From Bacteroidota bacterium (GTDB lineage Bacteria; Bacteroidota; Bacteroidia; UKL13-3), in the NCBI GenBank assembly GCA_947481365.1, contig CANKGI010000001.1:1-54977 (forward strand): 54,977 nt of DNA, in the 5' to 3' direction. Shown here one piece after another: positions 36,979-45,131 of the stretch. Each line of letters opens with the position of its first letter. Position 1 is the stretch's first letter. A model generated the notes under the pieces. That model was not told where the DNA came from, did not search any database, and was given only the letters and a program-made list of their open reading frames with translations. The position numbers and the translations under genes were made by a program.

Positions 36979-37904
36979 TTAGTTATGCTTGAGTTTGAAA
37001 TGATATAATTAGGGCGTTGTTTAGATTGAATGAAAAGTTTTCCAATATAAATTCCGATAATTCCAAGAATGATTAATTGAATTCCTCCAAAGAAAACAAT
37101 GGTCATAAGCATCGATGCCCAACCTTGAACTTCTTTATGAACCCAAAGTGAGTAAACAACATATGGAATATATGATAGCGATAGAAATGAAAAAATAAAT
37201 CCCAAATAAATAGCCGAATACAACGGACGGATACTGAATGAGGTTAACCCTTGCATGGCAAATCGAAACATTTTTTTTACGGTATAATTGCTTTCTCCGG
37301 CAAATCGTTTTGCAGGATCGTATGTTATAGCATACTGTTTAAATCCAAGCCATTTTATTAAACCACGTATAAAGGGTTCGTTCTCCGATAAACTTGAAAA
37401 AACCGTTGCAACCTTTCTGTCGAGTAACCTGAAATCGGCAGATCCGGGTTCAATATGTATTTCCGACATTCGGTTGATCAATGCATAAAAAAGATTCGAT
37501 GTTTTGCGTTTGAATTGTGAAAGATCTTTCGATTCCTGGCGAAGCGAATAAACCACTTCGTAACCTTCTTCCCACTTTGCCAAAAACTCCACAATCAATT
37601 CGGGAGGATGTTGCAAATCGCAATCCATCGAAATAACGCAATCTCCATTTGCCATATCCAATCCTGCTTTCAGCGCATTCTGATGTCCGAAATTTCTCGA
37701 TAATTCGATGTAATTAATATTCGGATTTGAGTTATGTAATTCAACCAATACATCTTGTGAGTTATCGCGGCTGCCATCATTCACAAATATCATTTCGTAT
37801 TTGTAATTCAATGTTTTGAAAACATCCTGAATGCGCCCTGCAATTACAGGGATATTTGCACTTTCGTTATAAGCAGGTAAAACAATTGAAACTAATTTTG
37901 TCAT
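36975..37904 (-). CDS. Polyprenyl-phosphate glycosyltransferase (GT2; ArnC/GtrB/Dpm1-like with two C-terminal TM helices)
   Basis: 309 aa. 'SIVLPAYNE', 'IFVNDGSRDNS', 'ELSRNFGHQ.A', 'MDCDLQHPPE', plus two C-terminal hydrophobic helices. Confidence 0.8.
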   Translation of the reverse strand: MTKLVSIVLPAYNESANIPVIAGRIQDVFKTLNYKYEMIFVNDGSRDNSQDVLVELHNSNPNINYIELSRNFGHQNALKAGLDMANGDCVISMDCDLQHPPELIVEFLAKWEEGYEVVYSLRQESKDLSQFKRKTSNLFYALINRMSEIHIEPGSADFRLLDRKVATVFSSLSENEPFIRGLIKWLGFKQYAITYDPAKRFAGESNYTVKKMFRFAMQGLTSFSIRPLYSAIYLGFIFSFLSLSYIPYVVYSLWVHKEVQGWASMLMTIVFFGGIQLIILGIIGIYIGKLFIQSKQRPNYIISNSSITK

Positions 37905-39118
37905 TCAGTGTCGTTTGTATTGATGGTATCTGATTGCAAATATTTCGAAAAATCTCGTCTTAACAAGTCATTCCAAATAAAAAGCAATATAACAAAACAT
38001 GGCAATGCTTTTAGCGAATAATGTTTGATATAGTTTTCGCGAATATAATCGGGGAATAAATCGGAAGGAGAGAAGCTGGTAATGATCAATGCGAATACGA
38101 GAAGAAACCAAACTGTTTTGCTGTAAGGTTTTGGTTGTAATACAAACCACAAAGCAACTCCGGCAAAGGCAATGATAAATGTTGGCGACTCGGCACCCGA
38201 GCTAAAAAGAACGGTGAAAAGTAAAACCGAACACAAAAACAACAATCGGAAATGAATATGAACATATTGTTTTACTCGTATATAAATCAATCCGAAAATA
38301 CTGATTCCTGCCAATGCAAATGGTGTGTTTGGAATATCAGGATTTTGAAACAAACGCCTCGCCATTCCCATCACCGAAATATCAGTGCTACCCATCAAGT
38401 TTGTGTTGATTTCATTTTTTTCGATTAACGAATGATACCAGTCAACATAACTTTGAACGATGTATTCGGGAGTAAAAAAAATCATCGGAACTACAAAAAA
38501 TACAATTGCCCAAAATGCCATCGAACCAATGAATTTTATTTTTTGTTTGGAGAAAAAGAAAAATGCCAAACCTACAATTCCGTAAAGTTTAACAAATGTT
38601 CCGAGCACGATAAAAAATGCTGCCCAGAAATCTTTTTTGGTATCGATAAATACAAATGCAAGAATAATAATGCCGGCAATACTCGGGTTAAATTGAAAAC
38701 TCAAAACGGAGGTGAGCATTTCATGAGTTGATATCCAAAGCAAAATCACCAATTTCTTTTCATCGATGGGTAATTTGGTAATTGCCCAAAATAAAAATAA
38801 GGTATTCGCCAATTGCCAAAGCAACATTCCCCAATAATCGGGAAGCAAAGCAAATGGTGCAATAAGCAAACTAAAAAATGGTCCGTAATGATTATTGTCG
38901 GTGTATTGAGGATAACTTAAAAAAAGATTTACGTGCTCAACAGCATGAACATAGGTGTATTTAAAAATGAGATAATTGTTGTAGCTAAAAATAAAATATT
39001 GTTTAGTGGCAGTAAAAAATGCAATCAAAATCCAAACAAACAGCACCGTGTTTTTTTTGAGAAGCAGATTTTTTGTTTGTATCCAAAATGGGTTATTGAA
39101 TAACTTGTTTAATGCCAT
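37901..39118 (-). CDS. Polytopic membrane glycosyltransferase, GT-C fold (DUF2029/GT87-like)
   Basis: 405 aa with about 10-11 predicted TM helices. The first-loop segment 'YTDNNHYGPFFSLLIAPFALLP' resembles DUF2029 GT-C proteins. Overlaps the next gene by 4 nt. Confidence 0.55.
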   Translation of the reverse strand: MALNKLFNNPFWIQTKNLLLKKNTVLFVWILIAFFTATKQYFIFSYNNYLIFKYTYVHAVEHVNLFLSYPQYTDNNHYGPFFSLLIAPFALLPDYWGMLLWQLANTLFLFWAITKLPIDEKKLVILLWISTHEMLTSVLSFQFNPSIAGIIILAFVFIDTKKDFWAAFFIVLGTFVKLYGIVGLAFFFFSKQKIKFIGSMAFWAIVFFVVPMIFFTPEYIVQSYVDWYHSLIEKNEINTNLMGSTDISVMGMARRLFQNPDIPNTPFALAGISIFGLIYIRVKQYVHIHFRLLFLCSVLLFTVLFSSGAESPTFIIAFAGVALWFVLQPKPYSKTVWFLLVFALIITSFSPSDLFPDYIRENYIKHYSLKALPCFVILLFIWNDLLRRDFSKYLQSDTINTNDTE

Positions 39119-39140
39119 GCTTTGTTAAAATGGATTTGAA

Positions 39141-39148
39141 CAAAAGTA
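39141..39148 (-). promoter_or_regulatory. -7 box TACTTTTG upstream of the GT-C/GT2/CE4/fhs operon
   Basis: Exact TAnnTTTG match on the minus strand, ending 22 nt before the ATG at 39118. Confidence 0.45.
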
Positions 39149-39186
39149 GCATTTTTACAAAGTGATGCAGAAAAATTTTATCAGTC

Positions 39187-39239
39187 ATGCTGAACTTGAT
39201 TCAGCATCTAAGTTTGAGATTCCGAAACAAGTTCGGAAT
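39187..39239. repeat. Head-to-head doublet of related 21-nt hairpins (REP/BIME-like)
   Basis: Hairpin 1 is atgctgaa-cttga-ttcagcat (39187-39207). Hairpin 2 is attccgaa-acaag-ttcggaat (39219-39239). The reverse complement of hairpin 2 (attccgaa-cttgt-ttcggaat) resembles hairpin 1. The pair is bracketed by gtcat...atgac. Confidence 0.65.
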
Positions 39240-39243
39240 GACA

Positions 39244-39930
39244 TCATGGTTTACAACATTCTTTAACAATTTGTTGGTCGTTTGAAAGTTGAGGGCTTAC
39301 ATATGGAATTCCTAAATTCAAACCACGAAGAATAAATAAACAGCCAATGATGATGGCAAATACCGGAAATAATTTATTGATGCTTGATCGAACTTTAATG
39401 GTAAGAAACTGACCTATCATACTCACCGCAAACATCATCGGAATGGTTCCTAGTCCAAAGAAAAACATAAATGTCATTCCTTTAAAAATATCTTGTGTGG
39501 CAACTGAAGCGATAAGTGCAATATAAACAAATCCGCAGGGGAGAAGTCCGTTAAGCAATCCAATTCCCAGAGTTGAAAAAACACTTCGTTGTTTAAATAA
39601 TTTGCCAAAAAATGTTGAAGAGAAAAACTGAACAGAAAAATTTACTTTTTTGATGCGCGAAAAAATAACCGAAAAAATAATGATTGAACCAGCAACAATA
39701 CTTACACTTTGTTGCCATCCTGCAAGTTTTAAACTTGTGCCAAATGCTCCCAAAATGGCACCGAGAATGGTGTAAGTAAATACACGGCCAAGGTTGTATA
39801 AAAGTTTACTAAATATTTTTTCGGATGAAGAGTTTCCATAGGTGGGAACTGCCAATGCAATGGGACCGCACATGCCAGCACAATGAAAACTTCCGAGCAA
39901 TCCTGTTAAAAATGCGGTAATGAAAATCAT
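39244..39930 (-). CDS. DsbD_2/TauE-like polytopic membrane protein with conserved Cys motifs (cbb3-cluster associated)
   Basis: 228 aa with about 6 TM helices. 'GSFHCAGMCGPIA' lies in TM1 and 'GLLPCGFVY' mid-protein. Overlaps fixH by 4 nt. Confidence 0.55.
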   Translation of the reverse strand: MIFITAFLTGLLGSFHCAGMCGPIALAVPTYGNSSSEKIFSKLLYNLGRVFTYTILGAILGAFGTSLKLAGWQQSVSIVAGSIIIFSVIFSRIKKVNFSVQFFSSTFFGKLFKQRSVFSTLGIGLLNGLLPCGFVYIALIASVATQDIFKGMTFMFFFGLGTIPMMFAVSMIGQFLTIKVRSSINKLFPVFAIIIGCLFILRGLNLGIPYVSPQLSNDQQIVKECCKP

Positions 39931-40358
39931 TTCAAAATATACTCTTTTTCAATTTGATGTTTGCCTTTGCTGTCTTCCCATGTTAAAGTTAGTTTCCATG
40001 GTCCACTTTCAAGATTTTTTGCATCATATATTGAACTCAAAGTGTCATGTAGTAAAATGGTTTCACTAAAATCTTTGCTCTTACTTGAAGGGCGATAAAA
40101 CGAAAGTTTGCAATCGATTGAATCTAATTTCGTGATAGGTTTAAATGTAAAAACTCTTTTCTCGTCTATTGTTACCTGAAGCATATTGTTGGCATCAGCA
40201 CTTTGGTCAATTATATCCTGATACCGTATTCCTTCTTCGTAATAATTTTCATCAACGAGCTCAACATTTTGTGTTGATATGTAAATGATCATCGACAAAA
40301 TGAAAATCATGAAAAGTACGGTAATGATTACGAGTTTATGTCCCCAGTTTAATTTCAT
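39927..40358 (-). CDS. FixH-family protein
   Basis: 143 aa. Single N-terminal TM helix followed by a beta-rich domain, positioned directly after ccoG as in fixGHI clusters. Confidence 0.6.
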   Translation of the reverse strand: MKLNWGHKLVIITVLFMIFILSMIIYISTQNVELVDENYYEEGIRYQDIIDQSADANNMLQVTIDEKRVFTFKPITKLDSIDCKLSFYRPSSKSKDFSETILLHDTLSSIYDAKNLESGPWKLTLTWEDSKGKHQIEKEYILK

Positions 40359-40370
40359 TTTATATAGTTG

Positions 40371-41798
40371 TTATTTCTTAAACACCGGACCCACAAAATT
40401 TGTTCTAATCTCTTCCATCAATTTGCCATTGCTCAAAATCTGAATGGTAACTTCGGTATTATTTGATTTGATTTCACCTTCAGGTAAAATGATAAAAAAT
40501 GACCCCTTCACAAGTGCATCTTCATTTAAATTCATACCATTCAATTCACGGTCAACCATTTTAAGTTCAGCTTTTTCAGGCTGAACAACTTTAACCATAA
40601 TTTTTTGAGTAGTAAAAGTTTTATTCACCACCTCGTAATTATACATATTACTAATTCTGCCTTCATTTTGATTTTGAAATAACATTCCGGGTGTACGTAA
40701 AACCGTAGCATCAACATCTTTTCGGGTAATTAAAAAATAGGAAAGCGCTGTAACCAGTAAGCAAAGAATAACAACATAAGCGGCACTTCTAACAGTTACT
40801 CTTCGCTTTAATTTATTTACAATTTCATCTTGCGATGCGTACCTCACCAATCCTGTTGGTTTATCAATTTTTTTCATCACATCATCACACTCATCAATAC
40901 ATGCTGTACAATTTACACATTCCAATTGTGTTCCATTGCGGATGTCAATTCCGGTAGGACAAACATGCACACAACGTTTGCAATCAATGCAATCGCCCAG
41001 ATGATTTTGATCGGTATTTTTACGGATATGTCCACGTGGTTCGCCACGTATATAATCATATGCAACAACTATCGAATTTTTATCGAGCATCAATCCTTGT
41101 AATCTTCCATACGGGCAAATTACGATGCAAACAATTTCTCTGAATTTTGAAAAAACTGCATAAAAAACGGTAGAAAAAATAACAAGAGAAATAAATTGAC
41201 CCATATGATCTTTAGGTCCATCTGTTACTAATTTTAATACTTCGTCACTGCCAATCAGGTAGGCTAAAAATATATTTGCAATAAAAACTGAAAGCAAAAA
41301 GAATACAATGTGCTTAATCGATTTCTTGAATATTTTTTCAGCACTAATTGGCGATTCATCCAATTTCATTTGTTGTCTGTAATCACCTTCAATTAAATAT
41401 TCTATTTTCCTGAAAAGCATTTCCATGAATACAGTTTGAGGACACGCCCATCCGCACCACATCCTGCCAAACAAAACGGTGAACACAATAATAAAAACGA
41501 CAAATGTTATCATTAACAAAGCAAACAAGGGAAGATCCTGAGGCCAAAATGGAATACCAAGAATGATAAATTTCCTATCGAGAATGTTTAATAAGAGCAT
41601 CTGATGTCCGTTCAGTTTTATGAATGGACCAGAGAACATTAACGCCATTAATCCAATACTGAAAATAGAGCGGATGTTATGAATTTTTCCGTTTGGTTTT
41701 TTTGCATAAACCCATGCACGGTCACCACTTTTATCGTCAATTGTTGAAATGGTATCTCTGAAATGTTCGTTCTCTATTGGTTTCGCCTCGTGTGACAT
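40371..41798 (-). CDS. ccoG: cbb3 oxidase accessory protein CcoG/FixG (4Fe-4S ferredoxin-type membrane protein)
   Basis: 475 aa. 'CGWACPQT', 'CIDCKRCVHVCPTGIDIR', 'CVNCTACIDEC'. Confidence 0.85.
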   Translation of the reverse strand: MSHEAKPIENEHFRDTISTIDDKSGDRAWVYAKKPNGKIHNIRSIFSIGLMALMFSGPFIKLNGHQMLLLNILDRKFIILGIPFWPQDLPLFALLMITFVVFIIVFTVLFGRMWCGWACPQTVFMEMLFRKIEYLIEGDYRQQMKLDESPISAEKIFKKSIKHIVFFLLSVFIANIFLAYLIGSDEVLKLVTDGPKDHMGQFISLVIFSTVFYAVFSKFREIVCIVICPYGRLQGLMLDKNSIVVAYDYIRGEPRGHIRKNTDQNHLGDCIDCKRCVHVCPTGIDIRNGTQLECVNCTACIDECDDVMKKIDKPTGLVRYASQDEIVNKLKRRVTVRSAAYVVILCLLVTALSYFLITRKDVDATVLRTPGMLFQNQNEGRISNMYNYEVVNKTFTTQKIMVKVVQPEKAELKMVDRELNGMNLNEDALVKGSFFIILPEGEIKSNNTEVTIQILSNGKLMEEIRTNFVGPVFKK

Positions 41799-41815
41799 AA
41801 TGTATTAGTTGAATG

Positions 41816-41823
41816 CAAAAGTA
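41816..41823 (-). promoter_or_regulatory. -7 box TACTTTTG upstream of ccoG
   Basis: Exact TAnnTTTG match on the minus strand, ending 17 nt before the ccoG ATG and just downstream of the ccoP terminator. Confidence 0.45.
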
Positions 41824-41860
41824 CTTAAAAAATAAACCCCTTCTTTATTTCAGGAAGGGG
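41824..41860 (-). terminator. Rho-independent terminator after ccoP
   Basis: Hairpin ccccttc-N10-gaagggg. On the minus strand it is followed by tttatttttt. T-runs are present on both sides. Confidence 0.7.
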
Positions 41861-41867
41861 CTTTTTT

Positions 41868-42743
41868 TTATTTTTTCACTGTAGTGTCTTTTTGGGTTGA
41901 ATCGGATGGGGCTGTTGAGCCTCCTGCCATCTTTTCACCTTGTGGCTCTTTTGGAGAAGGAGGGTTACTTCCTTGCAAGCTTAAAACATAACTTGCCAAA
42001 CCTTGTATCTCGTTTGGTTTTAATGTGTTTTCCCAAGTTACCATTCCTTTTGCTGGAACACCATATTTTATCGTTTTAAATATGTCTTTAACTGTTCCAC
42101 CATGTATCCAGAATTCGTCAGTTAAGTTTGGACCAACAAGTCCACCTGCATCTGGGCGATGGCATACAGCACATTTTTCAACGAATGTTTTTTTAGCATC
42201 AGCAAGTTTGGTTGCATCTGTAATAACAGTTACGTTGTTTTCGTCAATCTGATTTCCTGCTTTTTTAATGTATTCATCTTTTTGAATTTTTGCAGCAGCC
42301 ATTTCATTTTTGTACTCTTGTCCTTGCAACGGTGCAGCATCCATCACATGATAAATGATGAGGTAGCAAAATGCAAAAACAACTGTGCCATAAAATAAAA
42401 CATTGAACCAAACTGGAATTGGATTATTGAGTTCTTTAATTCCATCATAATCATGATCAAGCTCGATGTCTTTTTCATTTGCCAATGGTTTTAAACTCAA
42501 TAATTTTTCCCAAGTTGTCAATTCAGCATCGGGATGATTGCTATTTTTCTTTTCATTATTTAGCGCGTTTGTAACTTTTCTTAAAGAGAAAACAGCTAAT
42601 AATAATACAATACAGAGAACGATTACGATAATCATTAATACATTGAATAATGGATTTGATGTATTACCGGCATCCTGTGCGGTTTGTGCATTCACAAGTG
42701 TTGTGGCAAGGATGATGAATGGTGAAAGATATATTTTCTTCAT
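41868..42743 (-). CDS. ccoP: cbb3-type cytochrome c oxidase subunit III (CcoP), monoheme form
   Basis: 291 aa. FixP N-terminal motif 'YDGIKELNNPIPVWF'. A single 'CAVCH' heme-c site. Confidence 0.85.
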   Translation of the reverse strand: MKKIYLSPFIILATTLVNAQTAQDAGNTSNPLFNVLMIIVIVLCIVLLLAVFSLRKVTNALNNEKKNSNHPDAELTTWEKLLSLKPLANEKDIELDHDYDGIKELNNPIPVWFNVLFYGTVVFAFCYLIIYHVMDAAPLQGQEYKNEMAAAKIQKDEYIKKAGNQIDENNVTVITDATKLADAKKTFVEKCAVCHRPDAGGLVGPNLTDEFWIHGGTVKDIFKTIKYGVPAKGMVTWENTLKPNEIQGLASYVLSLQGSNPPSPKEPQGEKMAGGSTAPSDSTQKDTTVKK

Positions 42744-42916
42744 ATGTTGTCGTTTTTTATGTTATTGTCAAAAGGCATGTTTTCCATTTCTTCTATATAT
42801 TTCTTATCGGCTTTAAAAACCCAAACCAATAAGCCTAGAAAAAATGTGATAAAAATGATCATCGAAAAAATCAAATAACCATTCATACCGGTAACACTGC
42901 CTAAAAACTGTTTCAT
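42740..42916 (-). CDS. ccoQ: Small membrane protein, CcoQ-like cbb3 oxidase subunit (below the ORF-track size cut-off)
   Basis: 58 aa: MKQFLGSVTGMNGYLIFSMIIFITFFLGLLVWVFKADKKYIEEMENMPFDNNIKNDNI. One TM helix. The ATG lies 2 nt after the ccoNO stop, and the stop overlaps the ccoP ATG (ATGA). Confidence 0.7.
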   Translation of the reverse strand: MKQFLGSVTGMNGYLIFSMIIFITFFLGLLVWVFKADKKYIEEMENMPFDNNIKNDNI

Positions 42917-42918
42917 TT

Positions 42919-45048
42919 TTAATTACTAACTGTGTTTTGTTTTTTAATATCAGTTCCGATACGTTGCAGATATGCGATAAGTGCAATAATTTCTTTATCA
43001 CTCTCAACTGCAATACCTTCTTTTTGCATACCAGATGCAATCTTTTCAGCTTGCGCTTTTAAGCTTACATTTCCGTTAGCAATTTCTTCGTTGGTATAAG
43101 GAACACCCAATTTTTGCATTGTTTTCAATTTTGCTTCAGTCATGCTGATATCTAGTGTTTGACTAATAAGCCACTGATATGCTGGCATAATTGAACCTGG
43201 AGAAACATTGCGAGGGTTGAGCATATGATTATAATGCCATCCATCAGGATATTTTCCACCAACACGCATCAAATCTGGACCTGTACGTTTTGATCCCCAT
43301 AAAAACGGATGATCGTAAACAAATTCACCAGCTTTAGAATATTCTCCTTGGTATCTTTCTGTTTCTGAACGGAACGGACGAACCCATTGTGTATGACAAG
43401 CATTACATCCTTCGCGGATATATAAATCACGACCTTGCAACTCAAGTGGAGAATAAGGTTTTACACTCGAAATGGTTGGAATATTTGATTTGATAGTTAA
43501 TGTTGGTATTAATTCAACCGCACCACCAACAATAATCATCGCAATTGCTAAAATGGTAAAAGTTACAGGTTTTTTCTCAAGCACAGCATGCCAGAAATCG
43601 CCTTTTTGGAACATGGTAGATTTTTCTAATGCAGGTGCTTCAGCAGGTTCATTGGCAACAAGTTTTCCTTGTCCCATTGTTTTAACAACATTATAAATGA
43701 GTGTTAAAAATCCAGAGAAATAAAGTAAACCTCCAAAAGAGCGAAGCATATGTAATGGAAGAATTTGAACGGTTATTTTCAAAAATTCAGGATACTGAAG
43801 TGTTCCGTCAGGAGAAAATTCTTTCCACATCAAACCTTGTGTAAATCCGCTCCAGTACATTGGAATAGCATAAAATAATATTCCAAGTGTAGCCAACCAG
43901 AAATGAACATTCATTAATTTCTTAGAGTAAATTGTAGTGTTAAATATTCGAGGAATAATCCAATAGATCATCGCAAAAGTTAACAAACCATTCCATCCTA
44001 ATGCTCCAACATGAACGTGTCCAACAATCCAATCGGTAAAATGTGCAATCGCATTTACATTTTTTAATGCAAGCATTGGTCCTTCAAAAGTTGCCATACC
44101 ATAAGCAGTAACACCTACAGCAAACATTTTCAAAATAGGTTCATCACGAACTTTATCCCATGCTCCACGAAGTGTTAGCAATCCGTTTATCATACCACCC
44201 CATGATGGAGCAATAAGCATGATAGAAAAAGCAACGCCAAGTGATTGTGCCCAATCAGGTAATGATGAATATAATAAGTGATGCGGACCAGCCCAAATGT
44301 ATAAAAATATCAAACTCCAAAAATGAAGAATAGAAAGTTTGTAAGAATAAACCGGACGACCAGCAGCTTTTGGTAAAAAATAATACATCATACCTAGGAA
44401 AGGTGTTGTGAGGAAAAATGCAACTGCATTATGTCCATACCACCATTGTACCAATGCATCCTGAACGCCTGCATAAGCAGAATAACTTTTCAAGAAACTA
44501 ACAGGTAATTCCATCGAATTAACAATATGCAAAACGGCAACTGTTACAAATGTTGCCAGGTAAAACCAGATAGCTACATACATTTGCTTTTCTCTTCGCT
44601 TAATGATTGTTCCAATCATATTAGCACCAAAAACTACCCAAATCAATGCAATTAGAATATCAATTGGCCATTCTAATTCGGCATATTCTTTTGATGAAGT
44701 AATTCCAAGTGGCAATGTGATTGCAGCACAAACAATGATTAACTGCCATCCCCAAAAATGGATTGTACTTAATAAGTCGCTAAACATTCTTGCTTTGCAA
44801 AGACGTTGTAACGAATAATAAACGCCCATAAAAATGGCATTTCCCACAAATGCAAAAATGATTGCATTGGTGTGTAATGGTCGAATTCGACCAAATGATG
44901 TAAACTGGTTACCTAAGTTTGCTGCAGGAGCATAAAGTTGAATTGCGGCAAGCAACCCAACAAGCATACCTACAACACCAAATACCATTGATGCAATGGC
45001 AAAGTTGCGAACGATTTTGTTGTCGTAATTGAATTTTTCAATTTGCAT
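42919..45048 (-). CDS. ccoN: cbb3-type cytochrome c oxidase, fused subunits I and II (CcoN-CcoO)
   Basis: 709 aa. CcoN signatures 'WWYGHNAVAFFLT' and 'GPHHLLYS'. The C-terminal ~240 aa are CcoO-like, with 'CNACHTQ'. Confidence 0.92.
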   Translation of the reverse strand: MQIEKFNYDNKIVRNFAIASMVFGVVGMLVGLLAAIQLYAPAANLGNQFTSFGRIRPLHTNAIIFAFVGNAIFMGVYYSLQRLCKARMFSDLLSTIHFWGWQLIIVCAAITLPLGITSSKEYAELEWPIDILIALIWVVFGANMIGTIIKRREKQMYVAIWFYLATFVTVAVLHIVNSMELPVSFLKSYSAYAGVQDALVQWWYGHNAVAFFLTTPFLGMMYYFLPKAAGRPVYSYKLSILHFWSLIFLYIWAGPHHLLYSSLPDWAQSLGVAFSIMLIAPSWGGMINGLLTLRGAWDKVRDEPILKMFAVGVTAYGMATFEGPMLALKNVNAIAHFTDWIVGHVHVGALGWNGLLTFAMIYWIIPRIFNTTIYSKKLMNVHFWLATLGILFYAIPMYWSGFTQGLMWKEFSPDGTLQYPEFLKITVQILPLHMLRSFGGLLYFSGFLTLIYNVVKTMGQGKLVANEPAEAPALEKSTMFQKGDFWHAVLEKKPVTFTILAIAMIIVGGAVELIPTLTIKSNIPTISSVKPYSPLELQGRDLYIREGCNACHTQWVRPFRSETERYQGEYSKAGEFVYDHPFLWGSKRTGPDLMRVGGKYPDGWHYNHMLNPRNVSPGSIMPAYQWLISQTLDISMTEAKLKTMQKLGVPYTNEEIANGNVSLKAQAEKIASGMQKEGIAVESDKEIIALIAYLQRIGTDIKKQNTVSN

Positions 45049-45079
45049 AGCTGAAAATTAAATTGTAAAAATATTTTGA

Positions 45080-45087
45080 CGAAAGTA
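45080..45087 (-). promoter_or_regulatory. -7-like box TACTTTCG upstream of ccoNO
   Basis: One mismatch to TAnnTTTG. It lies exactly 44 nt downstream of the CTGAT-N4-ATCAG palindrome, the same spacing as at the usp promoter. Confidence 0.4.
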
Positions 45088-45131
45088 TTTGAAATGTAGT
45101 ATTCAAAATGTGATAGCCCTCACTTTGAAAA

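Noticed and set aside
42813-43040. A 75-aa minus-strand ORF spanning the ccoNO 3' end and the ccoNO-ccoP gap.
   Set aside because: It is out of frame with and overlaps ccoNO, and its composition is not protein-like. The real gene in the gap is the 58-aa CcoQ-like ORF (42740-42916) in another frame.
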